DNA of 64,000 nt from Acidobacteriota bacterium (GTDB lineage Bacteria; Acidobacteriota; UBA6911), in the NCBI GenBank assembly GCA_963664705.1, contig OY761556.1, forward strand, positions 2,400,001 to 2,464,000, written 5' to 3'. The translations under genes and the position numbers were made by a program. The notes below the pieces were generated by a model. It was not told the origin of the DNA. It did no database searches and saw only the letters and a program-made list of their open reading frames with translations. This document shows positions 58,568-64,000 of the stretch, piece by piece (position 1 is the stretch's first letter; every line of letters starts with the position of its first letter).

Positions 58568-59362
58568 TCAGGAGGCGAAGCGCAGACTTCGCACCTCCGG
58601 AATCAGTGCCTGCTCTTTCGCCAGCTCATAAAAGCGATTTAATCCATTAATATGGCCATCTTCCATGTCGTAGTTAATGTTCTGATGCAGATATTCCTCC
58701 AAAAATTCCTTCGGTAAACCCAAAGAGCGCGAAAACACGGAAGCAATTTCATCCCTGCGCTGCAGGCCCCATTCCTTGGCCTCCTGGAAAATGGAGACCA
58801 GGTTTTCCGGCAGGCGGGCTTTCGTTCGACACGCCCACACGGCACACACGAACGGCCTCTGCTGCCACTCCACCCATGTCTCGGTAAGATCTATGGTCTC
58901 ATAATCTTCCGGATGTACCTTCAAGGCGGTGTCCCCGATGAGGAGAGCAGCGTCACAGACTTTGAGCATAGCCACCGGATCCGGAGGATGAGGCACAAAC
59001 ACGGGGCGCAATCCCATTTTGGCCTGTACCAGAATCTTCGTCAGCGCCACCGATGTCCGCGATGTGGTATCCAAGGCCACCGAACGGATCAGGCGAGTAC
59101 CTTTATGCCTGATCAGCAGAAGGCTGCGGACAGCAGCCAGCGATGAAATGGAAATACCCGGAATTATCTGAAGATCGGGAATGGTCTGATATTCGATGCT
59201 CGGGATAAGACCTATATCCACTTCTCCTTTGGAGAGTTGGTCTGCGCACACGGCAGGAAAGGAAGGAATGACTTCGAACTGATCTCGAAAGGGCCCATGT
59301 AGAAAGGCCCAACCCAGCGGCGCTGAATTCAGGTATTGCACAAGGGAAACTTTGATTTTCAT
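58568..59362 (-). CDS. mqnA: Chorismate dehydratase (futalosine menaquinone pathway)
   Basis: YLNSAPL, SRTSVAL, LLIGD.AL and PFV.AVW motifs. Confidence 0.9.
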   Translation of the reverse strand: MKIKVSLVQYLNSAPLGWAFLHGPFRDQFEVIPSFPAVCADQLSKGEVDIGLIPSIEYQTIPDLQIIPGISISSLAAVRSLLLIRHKGTRLIRSVALDTTSRTSVALTKILVQAKMGLRPVFVPHPPDPVAMLKVCDAALLIGDTALKVHPEDYETIDLTETWVEWQQRPFVCAVWACRTKARLPENLVSIFQEAKEWGLQRRDEIASVFSRSLGLPKEFLEEYLHQNINYDMEDGHINGLNRFYELAKEQALIPEVRSLRFAS

Positions 59363-59538
59363 AATTCCGATCTTACAATAATCAAACAGATACAAATTCC
59401 GCGAAATAAACCGCGTCTCACCCAAACAGTTATCCCGGCGATTATATCTGAATTGCGCTCCATGTTGCAGATTTCAGGTTGTGGACCGAAACCTGCAACA
59501 TGAGCTTTGCATGGGAACCGCACAGCCAACAAACGCCT

Positions 59539-60681
59539 ATGACACTTGCAACCGATGAAATAATCAAAATGGCCATTGAGCTTACCCTGATACCTGGGCT
59601 TGGGACCATTACCCAGAACCGAATCTGGAACACGCTTGCCGACATCTCCTCCCTTTTCCAAATGAAGGATAAATCGCTCGAATCTTTTGGTCTTCCCAGC
59701 GAAACCTGCACCATCTTGCGATCGCGCGCCTACAGGGCGATCGCGTCCGAGCTTTTTGACTGGGGCACGCGCGAGGGATGTCTGTTCCTCGTGCGTGGCA
59801 TGCCGGAATACCCTGCGCCGCTGGAGGAGATTTACGATCCGCCGCTGGTCCTCTATGCACGCGGTCACATGGATATCCTGGTCAAACCCTGCATTGCTAT
59901 CGTAGGAACGCGAAAGCCGACAGTCTATGGCTTGCAGATGGCTCAGGGATTGGCCTCTGATTTGGGCAGCCGCGGAATCACGATCATCAGCGGACTTGCC
60001 CGCGGGATCGATTCCGCCGCACACCGCGGATGCCTTCAGGGAGGAGCGGGGACGGTGGCCGTTCTTGGATCCGGAATCGATGTCATCTATCCTCGTGAAA
60101 ATCGACAGCTTTCCGAACAGATTCTTGGAAGTGGCCTGATTATTTCCGAATTTCCTCCCGGCACATCGCCGACTCCGCAAAACTTTCCGGTCCGAAATCG
60201 CATCATTAGTGGGTTGGCGCTGGGAGCCATCATTATTGAAGCCAGTGAATACAGTGGATCTTTGATTACGGCAAGATTGTCGATGGAACAGAATCGAGAG
60301 GTCTTTGCAATTCCCGGAAACCTGACTACGCCACAAAGTTTTGGGCCGAACTTCCTGATCAAGCAAGGTGCAAAACTGGTGCAGTCGTGGAGAGATGTTG
60401 TCGAGGAATTGCCGCCCGAGCTCCGGCAGGATATTTTGGTTCGAGAAGACGCGAAACCTCCAGGAAAGCTGGAATTGGAGCTCTTGTCGCCGGAGGAAAT
60501 TTCCGTTCTGGATCACCTGAAGATGGACGAAGCAACACAATTTGATAAGATTTTCCGCAGCAGTGGTGCCGATATTTCTAAGTTGAGCGGCCTGCTGCTA
60601 AATCTGGAAATGGGCGGCTGGATACGCCAGCTGCCGGGCAACATGTATGTGAAGCTCAGAAAGAGACAAACCGAATCATAA
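59539..60681 (+). CDS. dprA: DNA-processing protein DprA
   Basis: AIVGTR, ISGLARGIDSAAH and NFPVRNRIISG motifs; start uncertain. Confidence 0.95.
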   Translation: MTLATDEIIKMAIELTLIPGLGTITQNRIWNTLADISSLFQMKDKSLESFGLPSETCTILRSRAYRAIASELFDWGTREGCLFLVRGMPEYPAPLEEIYDPPLVLYARGHMDILVKPCIAIVGTRKPTVYGLQMAQGLASDLGSRGITIISGLARGIDSAAHRGCLQGGAGTVAVLGSGIDVIYPRENRQLSEQILGSGLIISEFPPGTSPTPQNFPVRNRIISGLALGAIIIEASEYSGSLITARLSMEQNREVFAIPGNLTTPQSFGPNFLIKQGAKLVQSWRDVVEELPPELRQDILVREDAKPPGKLELELLSPEEISVLDHLKMDEATQFDKIFRSSGADISKLSGLLLNLEMGGWIRQLPGNMYVKLRKRQTES

Positions 60682-60743
60682 ATATGGGCGCTCTGATATT
60701 TTTTCTGGAATTTCTTTCTGGCTTGGTATAGTTTGCGCGCGCT

Positions 60744-63149
60744 ATGGCTAAATCACTTGTCGTCGTCGAATCACCCGCTAAAGCAAAAACGATTAGTAAG
60801 TATCTTGGCAAAAACTTCGTCGTCAAAGCATCAGTGGGCCACATCAAGGACCTGCCCAAAAGCAAGCTGGGCGTTGACGTTGAGGAAGATTTCACTCCGC
60901 ATTATGCGGTGATTCCAACGAAAACCAAGGTAGTCAAGGAGCTGAAAGCCGCGGCTAAAGGCATTCAGGATGTCTACCTGGCAGCGGACCCTGACCGCGA
61001 GGGAGAGGCCATTTGCCAGCACCTCTTTGAGGAGCTTTCAAGCAAATCCCGCAATATCTACCGGGTGCTTTTTCATGAGATAACGAAAAATGCTATCGAG
61101 GAAGCGTTCAAAAATCCGGGACGCATTAACCAGAACAAAGTCGATGCCCAATTGACCCGACGGATTCTGGACCGGCTGGTTGGATACAAAATCAGCCCGC
61201 TCCTCTGGGATAAGGTCAGACGCGGATTGTCAGCCGGCAGAGTTCAAACGGTAGCCTTGCGCCTCATCGTGGAGCGAGAACAGGAAATCCGCGCCTTCAA
61301 ATCGGAGGAATACTGGAGCCTGGACGCAAAGCTTGAAGGCAAAACCCCGCCGGAATTTCTCGCGAAAGCCCGGTTGCTCGATGGCGCCAAATGGGATGTT
61401 ACGGATGGCAGCACAACGAACGCCCTCACGGAGGAATTGAAGCAGGCTCGATTCGTCGTTCGTGGGATCCGACGCAGGGAAAAAAAGAAATATCCCGTCC
61501 CTCCCTTTATCACCAGCAAACTGCAGCAGGATGCCGCCCGGAAACTGAATTTCTCGGTTAAGCGGACCATGGTCCTGGCACAACGGCTCTATGAAGGCAT
61601 AGAAATCGGAAATGAGGGGGCTGTTGGTCTGATTACCTACATGCGAACCGACTCCAGCCGAGTGGCCGAAAGCGCCTTGCAGGAGGTGCGCAGTCTCATT
61701 CATCGGGATTTTGGCGAAAACTACCTGCCGCACCATCCGATTTATTACAAATCAAAGAAAACGGCACAAGACGCCCACGAAGCGATTCGACCGACGTCCG
61801 TTGAGCGTACCCCGGAAAGTCTGAAGAACGACCTGGAACCGGATTTATGGAAACTGTATTCCCTCATCTGGACTCGCTTTGTGGCATCCCAGATGAACCC
61901 CGCCGTATTTGATCAGACAGACGTTCAAATCGAAGCCGGGCGGGTGGAATTCAAGGCGACCGGATCGATCACCAAATTCGCAGGGTTCCTGGCGGTATAC
62001 CAGGAGTCCAAGCCCGAGGACCGCGATGGATCTCAGGAGGAAGAATTGGTGCTGCCTGAAATGCAGGAAGGCGAAGAGCTGTCGTTGAAAGAGCTTCTTC
62101 CTGCGCAGCATTTTACTCAACCACCCGCACGCTATAACGAAGCCAGCCTTGTAAAGGCGCTTGAGGCCAAGGGGATTGGCAGACCCAGTACCTATGCGAG
62201 CATCTTGAGCACTATCCAGGATCGCGATTACGTGGACAAGCATGACGGAAAGTTCTACCCGTCCGAAATCGGAGAGGTGGTGCTCGAACTGCTTGTCGCC
62301 AGTTTCCAAGAGCTTTTCGATTACGAATATACCGCCCGCATGGAGGATCATCTCGACAGAATCGAATCGGGACGAGAGCAGTGGAAACAGGCAATGCGGG
62401 ATTTCTACGATCGCTTCTCCAGCAAATTGGAGATCGCGGTCAAGGAAATGCGCGATGTCAAGACCGAGGCTATCGAAACCGATGAGGTCTGCGACAAATG
62501 CGGCAGTAAGATGGTGATCAAGTGGGGCAAATTCGGCAGGTTCCTTGCCTGCTCCGGATATCCAGGTTGCCGCAACACAAGGGAAATACCGAAAGCTGGC
62601 GGCTCGGACGAACAGGAAAAGCCCAAAGTAGAAGAAATACAGTGTGAGAAGTGCGGGAAACCGATGGTGCTGAAGCGCGGGCGCTTTGGTGAATTTATGG
62701 CCTGCTCAGGATACCCGGATTGCCGAAACACAAAGAAAATCGTTAAATCGGCACAGGAAATGACCGTCAAGCAGGACATACCTCTCGACGAAGATTGCCC
62801 CGTTTGCGGAAAGAAGCTGGCTATCAAGCACGGCCGGTTTGGTGAATTCACGGCATGCAGCGATTACCCTACTTGCAAGTACATCAAATTGAAAACAACG
62901 GGCGTTCGCTGCGGCAAGGAAGGCTGTACCGGCGAAATCGTAGAACGGAAATCCCGCCGGGGAAAGACATTTTACGGCTGCTCGAACTATCCTGATTGCG
63001 ATTTCGTGCTTTGGAACAAGCCCGTTCCCGAGCCCTGTCCGCTATGCGGCGCTCCGTTTACAGTGATGAAGACAACGAAACGGACAGGCACCGTCAGGCT
63101 CTGCAATAATGAGAATTGTGACTTTAAGGAAACCGTTGAAGATCAATAA
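60744..63149 (+). CDS. topA: DNA topoisomerase I with C-terminal zinc ribbons
   Basis: VESPAKAK, DPDREGE, SAGRVQ, ITYMRTD and repeated C4 zinc fingers. Confidence 0.97.
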   Translation: MAKSLVVVESPAKAKTISKYLGKNFVVKASVGHIKDLPKSKLGVDVEEDFTPHYAVIPTKTKVVKELKAAAKGIQDVYLAADPDREGEAICQHLFEELSSKSRNIYRVLFHEITKNAIEEAFKNPGRINQNKVDAQLTRRILDRLVGYKISPLLWDKVRRGLSAGRVQTVALRLIVEREQEIRAFKSEEYWSLDAKLEGKTPPEFLAKARLLDGAKWDVTDGSTTNALTEELKQARFVVRGIRRREKKKYPVPPFITSKLQQDAARKLNFSVKRTMVLAQRLYEGIEIGNEGAVGLITYMRTDSSRVAESALQEVRSLIHRDFGENYLPHHPIYYKSKKTAQDAHEAIRPTSVERTPESLKNDLEPDLWKLYSLIWTRFVASQMNPAVFDQTDVQIEAGRVEFKATGSITKFAGFLAVYQESKPEDRDGSQEEELVLPEMQEGEELSLKELLPAQHFTQPPARYNEASLVKALEAKGIGRPSTYASILSTIQDRDYVDKHDGKFYPSEIGEVVLELLVASFQELFDYEYTARMEDHLDRIESGREQWKQAMRDFYDRFSSKLEIAVKEMRDVKTEAIETDEVCDKCGSKMVIKWGKFGRFLACSGYPGCRNTREIPKAGGSDEQEKPKVEEIQCEKCGKPMVLKRGRFGEFMACSGYPDCRNTKKIVKSAQEMTVKQDIPLDEDCPVCGKKLAIKHGRFGEFTACSDYPTCKYIKLKTTGVRCGKEGCTGEIVERKSRRGKTFYGCSNYPDCDFVLWNKPVPEPCPLCGAPFTVMKTTKRTGTVRLCNNENCDFKETVEDQ

Positions 63150-63151
63150 GC

Positions 63152-63186
63152 GCAGGAGACAGGAATCTGTGTCTCCTGTCTCCTGC
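63152..63186. terminator. Hairpin between convergent topA and M28 genes, built from heptamer repeats
   Basis: Perfect 13-bp stem GCAGGAGACAGGA/TCCTGTCTCCTGC with a 9-nt loop. Confidence 0.65.
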
Positions 63187-63207
63187 TAGCTGTCTCTTGT
63201 TTTCTGA

Positions 63208-64000
63208 TTACTGTTGCAATTCTGGAAGCATTGCCAACACGACCTTCCCGACTTTCTCCATGCTTTGCGGGCTGATTTTGTCCAGCGTGTCCGCTGGCGT
63301 GTGCCAGTAGGAATTCTGCGGACCATAATTGAAATCAATGATGTCAACGCAGGGGATTCCTACATCAAGAAATGCAAGGTGATCGTCTCCGATCCCACTT
63401 TTCACTTGGGAGAGAATGGAGCTGAGGCCGATACGTTCAGCGGTCGACCAGAACAGATCCATCAGTCGCTTCGTGGAATTGGTTTCATACCAGACATCCA
63501 GATCCTTATCGCCGATCATATCGAGAAGAATCAGCGCGCGGACCTTAGCGGCTACGTTTTCGTTCTTCCACCTTTGTGCCAGGTGTCGGCTTCCGTAGGT
63601 GCTGTCAAAGGTACTCCATTCGACAAACGCCTCTTCGCCATCCAAAAAAACAAACCAATAATCCACGGCATCATTGCTGCCCGACAGGACTCGCGCCAGC
63701 TCGAGCAAAAGGCCCGTGCTGCTGCCGGCATCGTTAGCCCCCACAAAAGTTTGCCCTTCCATCAGTTTTGTATCGTAATGACTCGCGATGGCCACTACAT
63801 TCCGGCCGCCGTTCCCTTTATGCGCGATCAGGTTTTTCATAGCAATCGGCCCGTAGGGTGTTTGAGCCACAAAGGCATCCTCATCGATCTTGTACCCGTA
63901 GCTGCTTAACTGCTGCCGGATATAGGTCCGGCACTTTTCCAATGCCGGCGAGCCGGGAGGACGAGGACCAAAGGATACCTGCGCCCGTACTTGCTCCATT
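63208..64000 (-). CDS. M28-family peptidase / glutaminyl cyclase-like protein (5'-truncated by the window edge)
   Basis: SHYD, GAND, DGEE, LLDMIG, DDH and WHT..D motifs. Confidence 0.88.
   Translation of the reverse strand, partial: MEQVRAQVSFGPRPPGSPALEKCRTYIRQQLSSYGYKIDEDAFVAQTPYGPIAMKNLIAHKGNGGRNVVAIASHYDTKLMEGQTFVGANDAGSSTGLLLELARVLSGSNDAVDYWFVFLDGEEAFVEWSTFDSTYGSRHLAQRWKNENVAAKVRALILLDMIGDKDLDVWYETNSTKRLMDLFWSTAERIGLSSILSQVKSGIGDDHLAFLDVGIPCVDIIDFNYGPQNSYWHTPADTLDKISPQSMEKVGKVVLAMLPELQQ

Overview
Bacterial chromosomal segment, probably from an anaerobic or facultative Acidobacteriota-like organism (inferred from the RpmF, AcpP, PlsX and TopA sequences; not tested). Housekeeping genes flank both ends: accC, thiE, ribD, ybeY, etfAB, acpP, plsX and rpmF on the left; coaE, asnS, namZ, mqnA, dprA and topA on the right. 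Between them lies a roughly 32 kb accessory redox/C1 region with four parts. (1) A hidden secreted selenoprotein: an in-frame UGA in a C-G-U motif, followed by a SECIS-like hairpin, in a protein fusing a degenerate UshA/5'-nucleotidase domain to a tetraheme cytochrome c. (2) An MFS transporter divergent from a FAD-oxidoreductase / CCG Fe-S protein / FAD-oxidoreductase triad. (3) A tungsten-type aldehyde:ferredoxin oxidoreductase. (4) A roughly 22 kb tetrahydromethanopterin/methanofuran (H4MPT/MFR) C1 cluster with fae, mtd, mch, ftr, cofactor biosynthesis genes and an apparently redox-competent, archaeal-style FwdABCD rather than the degenerate Fhc of aerobic methylotrophs. The cluster also carries unexpected genes: an Fpg/Nei-like protein, BstA/YfiT, a secreted glycoside-hydrolase-like protein and an archaeal-type nucleotidyltransferase. 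An isolated nuoL-nuoM pair and heptamer-repeat hairpins at convergent gene junctions are also present. No rRNA, tRNA, CRISPR array or transposase was recognised. All calls come from reading motifs by eye, without database searches.
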